A program made the translations under genes and the position numbers. Below, piece by piece: positions 18,620 through 26,359 of a DNA stretch of 44,841 bases; the first letter of the stretch is position 1, and the number at the start of each line of letters is the position of its first letter. Origin of the DNA: an uncultured Bacteroidales bacterium (GTDB taxonomy: Bacteria > Bacteroidota > Bacteroidia > Bacteroidales > JALTDM01); contig CAYMVE010000003.1 of the NCBI GenBank assembly GCA_964393715.1, forward strand, positions 1 to 44,841, in the 5' to 3' direction. The notes under the pieces are model-generated. The model was not told the DNA's origin. It ran no database searches and saw only the letters and a list, made by a program, of their open reading frames with translations.

Positions 18620-19204
18620 TTTTATAGCAGGCCTGGGTGCACTACCCTGCGAAGCAGGCACAACTGCACTGCCTCCGCCAAAAAATGCGGAAGCCCCTTT
18701 GCGAAATTCATACAAATCATAATCTTCGGAACCAGCCATAGGTCCAGGTTGAGGGGGTCGTATAATAGTCCCGAACCACCGATTTAATCCTCCCTTCAGC
18801 ACATACAAATGGTCATATCCCATAGTGGAACACAGTAACCATGCCTTATCTGCCAATGAAGAGCCGTTGGAATAAAACACAATCCGGTACACATCTTGAT
18901 TCAACATATCTTTGTTTTCGTCACTCAACAATTGTGCAACAGGAATGTTTAATGCTCCCGGCAACGAATATTTTTGATAAGATTTAGCATCCCTAACATC
19001 TATTAATAAAAGGGAAGGATCTTTACTCATAATGGCTTTTGCCAAATCATCGGTAGATATATAATGCTCCTTCAAGGTATATTTATCCGTTATTTCCTTG
19101 AAGGTCCTTTCATTGATGGCGGGTTTGCCGGGTGCCAATAGCAACCAAACAGCCCCCACCAATAGCAAATAAACAATCGTTTTATCTATTGTTCTCATAA
19201 TCAA
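18575..19204 (-). CDS. Signal-anchored single rhodanese-fold protein (degenerate loop) with C-terminal KRKKKQEGGGGCE tail
   Basis: N-terminal hydrophobic anchor (IVYLLLVGAVWLLLAPG). The rhodanese fold is present (LIDVRDAKSYQKYSLPGALNIP), with the loop Cys replaced by Ser (IVFYSNGSSLA). A GGGSAVVPASQGSAPRP linker leads to the terminal KRKKKQEGGGGCE. Confidence 0.82.
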   Translation of the reverse strand: MIMRTIDKTIVYLLLVGAVWLLLAPGKPAINERTFKEITDKYTLKEHYISTDDLAKAIMSKDPSLLLIDVRDAKSYQKYSLPGALNIPVAQLLSDENKDMLNQDVYRIVFYSNGSSLADKAWLLCSTMGYDHLYVLKGGLNRWFGTIIRPPQPGPMAGSEDYDLYEFRKGASAFFGGGSAVVPASQGSAPRPAIKVKRKKKQEGGGGCE

Positions 19205-19209
19205 TGTTT

Positions 19210-19830
19210 TTACAATCCTAATTCATCCATATCTTTTACGGGCTTTTCCCGGTTCAAATACGCCTGCAACTTGGTAACGGCAAAAAACACAATCACGGCA
19301 ACAATCGTCACAATAAAAATAAACACGGCATCAGATATACCCAACCAGTTCGCAATATCTACTTGTCCCATTTTGCCCGACTGACGCAATGATTTGAATA
19401 CCGACTCGTAAGAAAAAGCATAACCGTAAATGCCAATAAAAACTCCAATAATAAAAGCAATAGCATCAATCTTGCCAGTAGTAGCAGCGCACACACTGGT
19501 ACCGGGACAAAAACCACCCAATATAAATCCCAACCCCATAATAAGTCCGCCAATCAAGGTAGGTATCCAATAGGTGTGCGGATAATAAGTAAGAGAAATA
19601 TCAATAAGTCCGTAACTATCCATTAAAAACAAGCCGATAGCTCCTGTAAGTGCCGCAGTAAAAAATACTTTCAGCACTACAAAGTCATAACCGTAAAAAA
19701 CTCCTGCCAATTTTCTGGTATTGGTAAATCCTCCGGCTTCCAATCCTATGCCGAATCCGATTCCAATTAAGAACGCTAAAAGAAAATTAGTAGGCTCCGA
19801 AATCAATCCTTGTGGAAATAATGGTCCCAT
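19210..19830 (-). CDS. YeeE/YedE-family sulfur-transport membrane protein (second half-type, DUF6691-like)
   Basis: Polytopic membrane protein with the conserved Cys motif GGFCPGTSVC, as seen in YeeE/YedE (PF04143-type) half proteins. Confidence 0.8.
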   Translation of the reverse strand: MGPLFPQGLISEPTNFLLAFLIGIGFGIGLEAGGFTNTRKLAGVFYGYDFVVLKVFFTAALTGAIGLFLMDSYGLIDISLTYYPHTYWIPTLIGGLIMGLGFILGGFCPGTSVCAATTGKIDAIAFIIGVFIGIYGYAFSYESVFKSLRQSGKMGQVDIANWLGISDAVFIFIVTIVAVIVFFAVTKLQAYLNREKPVKDMDELGL

Positions 19831-19843
19831 AATTTATTATTTT

Positions 19844-20362
19844 TTAAATCCATAATTTTCTTAACAACCAAGCAAAAATATAACCGCTTCCAAAGACTGC
19901 GATTAGTCCTATATAACCGGACAGTGAATTTACAGCCATACCTGACATCACCAGCCCGGAAGTACAGCCTCGTCCCAACTGGGAACCTATTCCCCACAAT
20001 ATTCCCCCCGCAACAGCTGCAATCAGTCTGGTCTTATTACTGATAACCGGCGACTTACCTATTTTTAATTTTAATCTTCCGTAATATGCTGCCGACATAA
20101 TAGCCCCCGCAATTACCCCCAATATCTCAAAAATCAACCAAGAATCCAGCGGATTTTTCCCGTTACGAACGGACGGTGAAAAATATTCGGCTCGTGTGGC
20201 ATAGTCATGATTTACCGCATCTACACTGGCAATTACCACCTTTTTGAAAGCTCCACTACCACCCAAACCTTCACCCGAAAAATAATAAGCCAATATCAAC
20301 ATGATGCCGATAATAAATCCAGCCAAATACGGATTCATATATTTGTTACTTCTGTCTTTCAT
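19844..20362 (-). CDS. YeeE/YedE-family sulfur-transport membrane protein (first half-type)
   Basis: Polytopic membrane protein with the conserved motif LGRGCTSGLVMSG. It lies 13 nt upstream of its partner half. Confidence 0.8.
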   Translation of the reverse strand: MKDRSNKYMNPYLAGFIIGIMLILAYYFSGEGLGGSGAFKKVVIASVDAVNHDYATRAEYFSPSVRNGKNPLDSWLIFEILGVIAGAIMSAAYYGRLKLKIGKSPVISNKTRLIAAVAGGILWGIGSQLGRGCTSGLVMSGMAVNSLSGYIGLIAVFGSGYIFAWLLRKLWI

Positions 20363-20374
20363 AGCATGATTATT

Positions 20375-21370
20375 TTAAAAATGAAAACTTGATATTTGTC
20401 CTGCAGTTACCATAATAATTCTGAAAAGCAATCCTCCGAACAGCACTAAAAAAGCCGGAACTCCAACAGGGATATGCACACCTTTCATTTCCATATACTC
20501 CAACACGGCAGGGACAACCAATCCCATTCCCACAAATATTCCCCAAAAAACAGCGGTAAAATCACCTCCCAAAAACATGCTAGCTGCATCTACCTGTGCT
20601 CGCGGCCCCCATACCAACCCTAAAAACATCAATCCGATGAACAACAACTCCGTAACAATGAGCACCAAGTCTATCTTGCCATATAACAATTGTTCTTGTT
20701 TATTGTTAGACAACCACATAATGGCAGCAGCACCGGTCGATACGCCCGATACCAAAAACAAAGGTCCTAGAATGGAAGTGTTCCACAATGGGCGGGCATT
20801 CATCGATGAAAGCAAAATACCCGTATAAATTCCTAAAATAATGGACAACCCGAATGTTATTATCGCCACCGGTTTCCTGTTCTTTTTTGTATAATCAATA
20901 AGTCCAGGAAGCATGGGTATCTTTTGTATAAATTCTTGTGCTCTTGACAACCACGCAGCGATCTTCTTATTACCGCGCTTTTCAAAATATTGGATAATAT
21001 CTTCCAGATAACTCAATGGCCAGAATATGGAAAGGATAAAAACAAATGTAAGTACCCAAGCCCCCCACGACATCGGAGACTCTATTTTCAACACTGTCAT
21101 CAGTCGCCAAAAATAGGCTTTATGGTGTAAGTCTCCCACCAAAAAAGCCAATCCCAATGCAATAATTATAGGCGGTATCAATGTACTAACCTTTACAGTT
21201 ACCGGCATTTCGTCCGCTTTGCCTTTCAAATAAAAATAAGTTGCAAACAAAAGGATACCGGCTGCTAATCCTCCTATAAACAAATATAAAGGTATCCCGA
21301 AACCCCACACATCTACATGAGGATATAATTCTGGGATATTCCTACCGCTTGACATTAATTGTTCTCTCAT
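20375..21370 (-). CDS. NrfD/PsrC-type membrane anchor subunit of molybdopterin oxidoreductase
   Basis: 331 aa with about 8 TM spans and NrfD-like layout. There is a 12-nt gap to the 4Fe-4S subunit gene. Confidence 0.82.
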   Translation of the reverse strand: MREQLMSSGRNIPELYPHVDVWGFGIPLYLFIGGLAAGILLFATYFYLKGKADEMPVTVKVSTLIPPIIIALGLAFLVGDLHHKAYFWRLMTVLKIESPMSWGAWVLTFVFILSIFWPLSYLEDIIQYFEKRGNKKIAAWLSRAQEFIQKIPMLPGLIDYTKKNRKPVAIITFGLSIILGIYTGILLSSMNARPLWNTSILGPLFLVSGVSTGAAAIMWLSNNKQEQLLYGKIDLVLIVTELLFIGLMFLGLVWGPRAQVDAASMFLGGDFTAVFWGIFVGMGLVVPAVLEYMEMKGVHIPVGVPAFLVLFGGLLFRIIMVTAGQISSFHF

Positions 21371-21382
21371 TGCTCTATTATT

Positions 21383-21916
21383 TTACTTTACAAAATAAAC
21401 TTGTGGTTCCGTACCTGCTTCCGGTGCCAGTGTATAATGTTCCCGCTCTCTCAACAATTTGGATACGGGACTTTCCGGATCGTCCAAATCTCCAAAGTAC
21501 ATACAATGTGTCGGACAAACCGATACACATGCCGGATCATCGCCCTTGGAAACTCTGTGATCACAGAATGTACATTTATCTACATATCCGTTAGGATGAA
21601 AATAGCGTGCTTCGTAAGGACAAGCCTCAATACATGCACCACAACCGATACATTCGTCGTGGGTAACTTTTACAATTCCTCCTTCTATGATATGGCTTGC
21701 ACCCGTAGGACACACACGCACGCACGGAGCATCGTTACAATGATTGCATCTGCGCGATTCAAAGTGCAAATGCAAATCGGGGTAAACTCCCTCCGTAATT
21801 TCAATAATCCAATCCCGTGCATACCCTATGGGAACATTGTTTTCCGTTTGGCACGCTACAACACAATCGCCGCAGCCTACACATTTTTTTATGTCAAGAG
21901 CCATTGCATATCTCAT
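21383..21916 (-). CDS. 4Fe-4S dicluster electron-transfer subunit (PsrB/PhsB-like)
   Basis: Four Cys clusters: CVGCGDCVVAC, CNHCNDAPCVRVCP, CIGCGACIEACP and CTFCDHRV...CVSVCP. It overlaps the catalytic subunit gene by 4 nt. Confidence 0.9.
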   Translation of the reverse strand: MRYAMALDIKKCVGCGDCVVACQTENNVPIGYARDWIIEITEGVYPDLHLHFESRRCNHCNDAPCVRVCPTGASHIIEGGIVKVTHDECIGCGACIEACPYEARYFHPNGYVDKCTFCDHRVSKGDDPACVSVCPTHCMYFGDLDDPESPVSKLLREREHYTLAPEAGTEPQVYFVK

Positions 21917-24156
21917 ACTTCAACCTCCTTATTTTCTGGTTTTTCGGTTAAAATTTTCACAAAATTACCTCTCATACCGGTCCCTCCGGTAACATCGTCT
22001 ATAGCAACTTTGGTGGTCATTTCCCAATCTGCTCCGCCTTTTTTATAGGTTCTGGACAATTTGGATGCCGTATGGCCAAAGCCATGTGCCAAAAATACAG
22101 AATCGTGGCGTATTCTTTCCGTAATTCTAACTTTAACAGGATTAGAAGTTACCTTTCCGTCTTGATTTTCCAGCCAAACCTCCTGGTCGTTTTCCAAATC
22201 CAATATTTTAGCCACTTTAGGATGTACCCACAATTTGTTTTCGCTTCTCAAATCGTTCAAATTGGGATTATTGGTTGTTCGCCCGAATGTATGCATCGGT
22301 ACCCTTCCGTAAATCAGTCTCAAATAACCTTCCGGCGGCTGCGGATGCTCTTTATATACCGGCATGGGGTCATACCCCATTTCCGCCAAATCGGTAGAAT
22401 ACAATTCTATCTTACCGGTATTGGTATTGAATTCAAAATCTTCTCCCGGTTGCAAATAAATAGGTTCTTCTCCTTCAAAACGGATTACACCTTCTTTCCT
22501 CAATTCTTCATACGAAGAACCTATTTGCCGTAGTTGCCAATCCAATACCTCTTTCAAGTCTTTCCACGGATAATATTCTTTCAATCCCAATCGCAGTCCG
22601 ATTTCTCTTGCTATCCACCAACCGGGTTTGGTATCGTATTTAGGTGTAACGGCTGGCACCCTAATAGCAATATTGGGAACTTTATGACGACTGGACCGTA
22701 TGTAATCATGACGTTCCAGATAAGTAGCTTCCGGAAGAATTACATCCGCATACCCCGTAATCTCCATCGGCATAGTATCCACAACTACCAAGAAATCGAG
22801 GTTTTGTATGGCTTCTATTGTCTTTTCCTTATTGGGTACAGACTGGATAATATTGGTAGCTACTACATACCATGCTTTGATTTTATGTTTATAGTCACTA
22901 TTGGGAAGAGAAGCATCTATCAATATGTTAGTAACCCCCGTAAAGGCTCCTCTATACTTATCCAGCGTCAAATCTTTCCACGACCATTTGGGTTCGGGAT
23001 AATGAGGTACAGGATAATGAGGCAAAGCCTTCTTTTGCGGAAAGTAGAATCCGCCTCTGCGTCCCCACGATCCCAACAAAGCATTAAGAATAGCAATAGC
23101 TCTTTCACGCTGAGTATCATCACCATACCACGCTACATGACGCCCCGGGTGAATGGCTACCGCCGGAGATGCTTTGGCCATTTCGTAAGCAGTCTTACGG
23201 ATCATATCGGCAGGCAAGTCGGTTTTGGCTGCTGCCCATTCGGGCGTATAAGGTCTCACATGTTCTTTCAACTGCTCAAACCCGAATGTATATTTATCCA
23301 CATATTCTTTATCATACAAATTTTCGTAAATCAGAATATGCATCCATGCCAGCAATAAAGCCATATCGGTGGCCGGTTTTATGGGCAGCCAATATTTTGA
23401 CTTGGAGGCTATAGTAGAAAATCGGGGATCTACGGTAATGATAGACAAGCCATGGTCAAGACCGTATGATACATCTTGCACCACCCCATTATGCATATTT
23501 TCTCCTATATGACTCCCAATTAGTACCAAGCATTTGGCATTTCTTATATCCACCGGCTCCGGCGAACCAAGACCCGAACCATAAGTGGCTCTAAATCCCG
23601 CTTCTCTCGAACCCAAACATTGAGCAATAGCAGGTTCTGCTATATTTTCGGAGCCCATTGACTTGAAAAGATGCTCAAAATGGTGTGCCGTTGTTCCGTG
23701 AGTAAGCAAGGCAATGCTCTCGTAGCCATATTTTTCGCCCACTTCCTTTGTTTTCTTAGCCACATAATCCAACGCTTCTTTCCAAGAAACTTCCTTAAAT
23801 TTTTGAGAGCCGGGCTTTCCTACACGAATCATCGGCCTTTTAAGCCTGTCTTTATCATAATACATCCCCAATCCTCCGGTACCTCTCGGACACAATCTAC
23901 CATAAGAATGAGGATCCTTTTCATTTCCAATAATCTTTTGGATATTGCCGTTTTTGTCTTTCAACACCCAACCGGCACATTTCCAGAAACATATTTCGCA
24001 TACCGTAGGCGTTTTTTCTGCCAACGATTCATCCAACGGAGGGTCGGAATCTTTGAATAAATCAGGTATCCAATCAAACAACGGATTGGATAAAGCCAAA
24101 ACAGAAGCTCCTACTCCTGATATTTTCAAAAAATCCCGTCTGGTTATTTTTTTCAT
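21913..24156 (-). CDS. Tat-exported bis-MGD molybdopterin oxidoreductase catalytic subunit (PsrA/PhsA-like; substrate undetermined)
   Basis: Twin-arginine signal (MKKITRRDFLKISGVGASVLA). N-terminal FS0 cluster motif CEICFWKC...LCPRG. The 747-aa size and the A-B-C gene order match polysulfide/thiosulfate reductase-type complex iron-sulfur molybdoenzymes. Confidence 0.88.
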   Translation of the reverse strand: MKKITRRDFLKISGVGASVLALSNPLFDWIPDLFKDSDPPLDESLAEKTPTVCEICFWKCAGWVLKDKNGNIQKIIGNEKDPHSYGRLCPRGTGGLGMYYDKDRLKRPMIRVGKPGSQKFKEVSWKEALDYVAKKTKEVGEKYGYESIALLTHGTTAHHFEHLFKSMGSENIAEPAIAQCLGSREAGFRATYGSGLGSPEPVDIRNAKCLVLIGSHIGENMHNGVVQDVSYGLDHGLSIITVDPRFSTIASKSKYWLPIKPATDMALLLAWMHILIYENLYDKEYVDKYTFGFEQLKEHVRPYTPEWAAAKTDLPADMIRKTAYEMAKASPAVAIHPGRHVAWYGDDTQRERAIAILNALLGSWGRRGGFYFPQKKALPHYPVPHYPEPKWSWKDLTLDKYRGAFTGVTNILIDASLPNSDYKHKIKAWYVVATNIIQSVPNKEKTIEAIQNLDFLVVVDTMPMEITGYADVILPEATYLERHDYIRSSRHKVPNIAIRVPAVTPKYDTKPGWWIAREIGLRLGLKEYYPWKDLKEVLDWQLRQIGSSYEELRKEGVIRFEGEEPIYLQPGEDFEFNTNTGKIELYSTDLAEMGYDPMPVYKEHPQPPEGYLRLIYGRVPMHTFGRTTNNPNLNDLRSENKLWVHPKVAKILDLENDQEVWLENQDGKVTSNPVKVRITERIRHDSVFLAHGFGHTASKLSRTYKKGGADWEMTTKVAIDDVTGGTGMRGNFVKILTEKPENKEVEV

Positions 24157-24202
24157 AAATCGAAATATTATAATGTATAAATACTTAATTGAAACCTGTT
24201 TC

Positions 24203-24210
24203 CAAAGGTA
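24203..24210 (-). promoter_or_regulatory. Candidate -7 promoter box (TAccTTTG on minus strand) for the 12-gene cluster
   Basis: Plus-strand caaaggta reads TACCTTTG on the minus strand, 47 nt upstream of the ATG at 24156. Confidence 0.35.
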
Positions 24211-24501
24211 AAAAAAATTTTAATTGTGAATATACTTGTAAAAAAAATTGTAAAAAAATCAGGGAGGCATACCGAAAGATATTACGAAGCCCCCCACTCC
24301 ACCAAAACACACAACACCCTTACTATGAATAAAATACAACAACACAACAACAGAAATACTTAAAATTCAAATAAAAAATCATTTTTATTATTTCTCCTCT
24401 TTTAGGGTAAAAAAGGCATAAAAAACTACATGTAATATAACAATCCCCCAGTCAAAAATTTTAATGTGACTATTGTTTTTTTTCTTTTCAGAATATTTAC
24501 T

Positions 24502-24509
24502 TACTTTTG
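24502..24509 (+). promoter_or_regulatory. Candidate -7 promoter box (TActTTTG)
   Basis: TACTTTTG lies 23 nt upstream of the preferred ATG at 24532. Confidence 0.45.
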
Positions 24510-24531
24510 CAAAAAACAAATTTCTACAACA

Positions 24532-26277
24532 ATGAAAACTATAAAAAATATTTTGTTTCTATTGGGTATCATCTTAATAAATTCATGTACCCCAACCATA
24601 GATGCCGATTATCAACTTGCCAACCGATCCGTAACAATAGGCGGATTGGTTGTGGATATCAATAATAATCCGATTTCCAACGCACAAGTAACCATTGGTA
24701 ACAAAACGATAAAAACCGATGCTAATGGTATATTCTATATTGAAAATGTCAATATGGCAAGCAATAAGTACTTTGTAAAGTTCGAAGCACCCAATTATTT
24801 ACCCAATTACAGAAGTGGAAAACTTACCAAGTCCACCTTGAAATTTAAAGTGACACTTTTGTCGTATGACGACATTACCGTGGAAACCATCAACACACAA
24901 ACAGGTGGAACGATAACCGTAAACGGAGGGGGCGAAATAACTTTCCCTGCCGGACTTAAATATGTAGTGGAAAGAACAGGCGAACTTTATACCGGCAACC
25001 TCAGAGTAATCGCTTATTATGTAGATCCTACCCAACCCGGATATACCAATCTGGTTCCGGGAGGTCATCTGTGGGGTGTAAAAAATGCCCGATTGAAAAA
25101 ACTTAATCCGTTCGGAGGGATGTTTGTCATATTAAGAGATCCGTCCGGAAGAAAAATTAATTTATCTCCCAACAACACCGATGCTGCAACAATAAAAATC
25201 CCCATCCCTCTTGCTTTACAAGGTAATGCCCCGGACACTATAAATTTCTGGACTGACGATTTTAACAAGTCTTTTTGCATGTCTGCAGGTTCCGGCTCCA
25301 GAGATCAAGATAAATATGTAGCGGATGTATTACATTTCAGCTACTGGCGAGCAGCCATAGATTATGACCAAACTACCGAATATACCGGAACAGTGAAAGA
25401 CTGTAACGGAAATCCAGTACAAGGCATCAAAGTAAAAATAAATAATGTTTATTTTGGATTTACCGATGCAGACGGAAAATATAAAATAACGGCACCTCGC
25501 GGACTTTTCGAACCTGCTGTTTCCATAGATCCTCAAGATTATGCCGGCTTGGGATATTACGAAACCTTATACGGGCAACAAAATGGTGCTACCGTAATAC
25601 GGAATATATCCTTACCATGCACACAAACTTTGGAAGGAATTATCTCAGGATGTCACCATATCCCCGCAACTGCTTTTATCAGAGCGTCTTACACAAATCA
25701 ACAAACAGGCATGGAAGAAAGTGTTTCCATGTTTGCCCAAAACGGTAATTTCAGGCTATACCTGCCGGATTATATCAATTCTGCAGAAGTTACCATAAGC
25801 ACACGAGACACAACTATTTCCGAATATGTGGATCTCTCCGGAGGAACAAATGTCAATTATCACGAATTCAATGTATGTAATAGCCAACCGGGAACTGCAA
25901 GTTTAACCATATCGGGATTTGATTATCCGGATACCACCCTAAATGAATTTTTGGGATTTTATGCTTATCCTTCCGAATCAATCATGACGCTTTATATGGA
26001 AGGGAATGAAATAGGCCTCAGCCTGTATTTCAATATGGCATACAATTACTTCAATTTTGACACCAATTACAACAATATAGCCCTTACAAATGCTGCTTAC
26101 GGAGAAATATATGTTCAAGACGCTACCTATCCTATCACTTCGGGAAGTTTAACCATCACTTCTCTTGACACCATCAATGAAAACCGTGTAGAAGGTTACC
26201 TATCGGGCTATATTACAAACGACACCTTAAACGCAAGCATTTCCGGTCATTTTGATATTCCGATTTCACAACAATAA
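24532..26277 (+). CDS. Lipoprotein with carboxypeptidase-regulatory-like (CarboxypepD_reg) domains
   Basis: I prefer the start at MKTIKNILFLLGIILINSC (lipobox). There are two CarboxypepD_reg-like segments (GGLVVDINNNPISNAQVTIGNKTIKTDANGIFYIENV and GTVKDCNGNPVQGIKVKINN..FTDADGKYKI). Confidence 0.7.
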   Translation: MKTIKNILFLLGIILINSCTPTIDADYQLANRSVTIGGLVVDINNNPISNAQVTIGNKTIKTDANGIFYIENVNMASNKYFVKFEAPNYLPNYRSGKLTKSTLKFKVTLLSYDDITVETINTQTGGTITVNGGGEITFPAGLKYVVERTGELYTGNLRVIAYYVDPTQPGYTNLVPGGHLWGVKNARLKKLNPFGGMFVILRDPSGRKINLSPNNTDAATIKIPIPLALQGNAPDTINFWTDDFNKSFCMSAGSGSRDQDKYVADVLHFSYWRAAIDYDQTTEYTGTVKDCNGNPVQGIKVKINNVYFGFTDADGKYKITAPRGLFEPAVSIDPQDYAGLGYYETLYGQQNGATVIRNISLPCTQTLEGIISGCHHIPATAFIRASYTNQQTGMEESVSMFAQNGNFRLYLPDYINSAEVTISTRDTTISEYVDLSGGTNVNYHEFNVCNSQPGTASLTISGFDYPDTTLNEFLGFYAYPSESIMTLYMEGNEIGLSLYFNMAYNYFNFDTNYNNIALTNAAYGEIYVQDATYPITSGSLTITSLDTINENRVEGYLSGYITNDTLNASISGHFDIPISQQ

Positions 26278-26304
26278 CCTTCACAAAGAATATTAACCAT
26301 AAAA

Positions 26305-26343
26305 AAAGAGGCTATCTTCGAAAAAAGACAGCCTCTTTTTTTA
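26305..26343. terminator. Rho-independent hairpin between convergent genes
   Basis: agaggct (26307-26313) pairs with agcctct (26330-26336). It is flanked by an A-run and a T-run, so it could terminate in both directions. Confidence 0.65.
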
Positions 26344-26359
26344 TCCTTCTTTTTTAATA

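Noticed and set aside
16767-19204. Reading the KRKKKQEGGGGCE tail as a sorting signal (GlyGly-CTERM/PEP-CTERM type), a CaaX-like lipidation box, a ThiS/MoaD-type GG carrier terminus or a RiPP core
   Set aside because: There is no hydrophobic transmembrane stretch, which the exosortase and rhombosortase signals require. The ending C-E is not CaaX. The domain is a rhodanese fold, not a beta-grasp, and no E1-like or JAMM gene is present. No maturase or radical-SAM gene is nearby. A cysteine carrier arm fits the context better, although processing after GG cannot be strictly excluded.
21913-24156. Possible selenocysteine-containing molybdoenzyme
   Set aside because: The ORF is uninterrupted with no in-frame TGA, so there is nothing to recode.
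21359-24211. Long plus-strand ORFs (229, 153, 274, 81, 129 and 88 aa) opposite the psrB-like and psrA-like genes
   Set aside because: They lie entirely antisense to genes with strong family motifs. Their translations are low-complexity, rich in Phe/Ile/Arg/Ser, and lack recognisable motifs or signal features. This is the usual antisense-ORF artefact.
24285-24360. C/A-rich low-complexity tract (ccccccactccaccaaaacacacaacaccc...acaacaacacaacaacag) in the divergent intergenic region upstream of the cluster
   Set aside because: I could not define a clear repeat unit, a hairpin or a known motif. It may simply be compositional. It is worth a motif search, but I cannot support calling it a feature.
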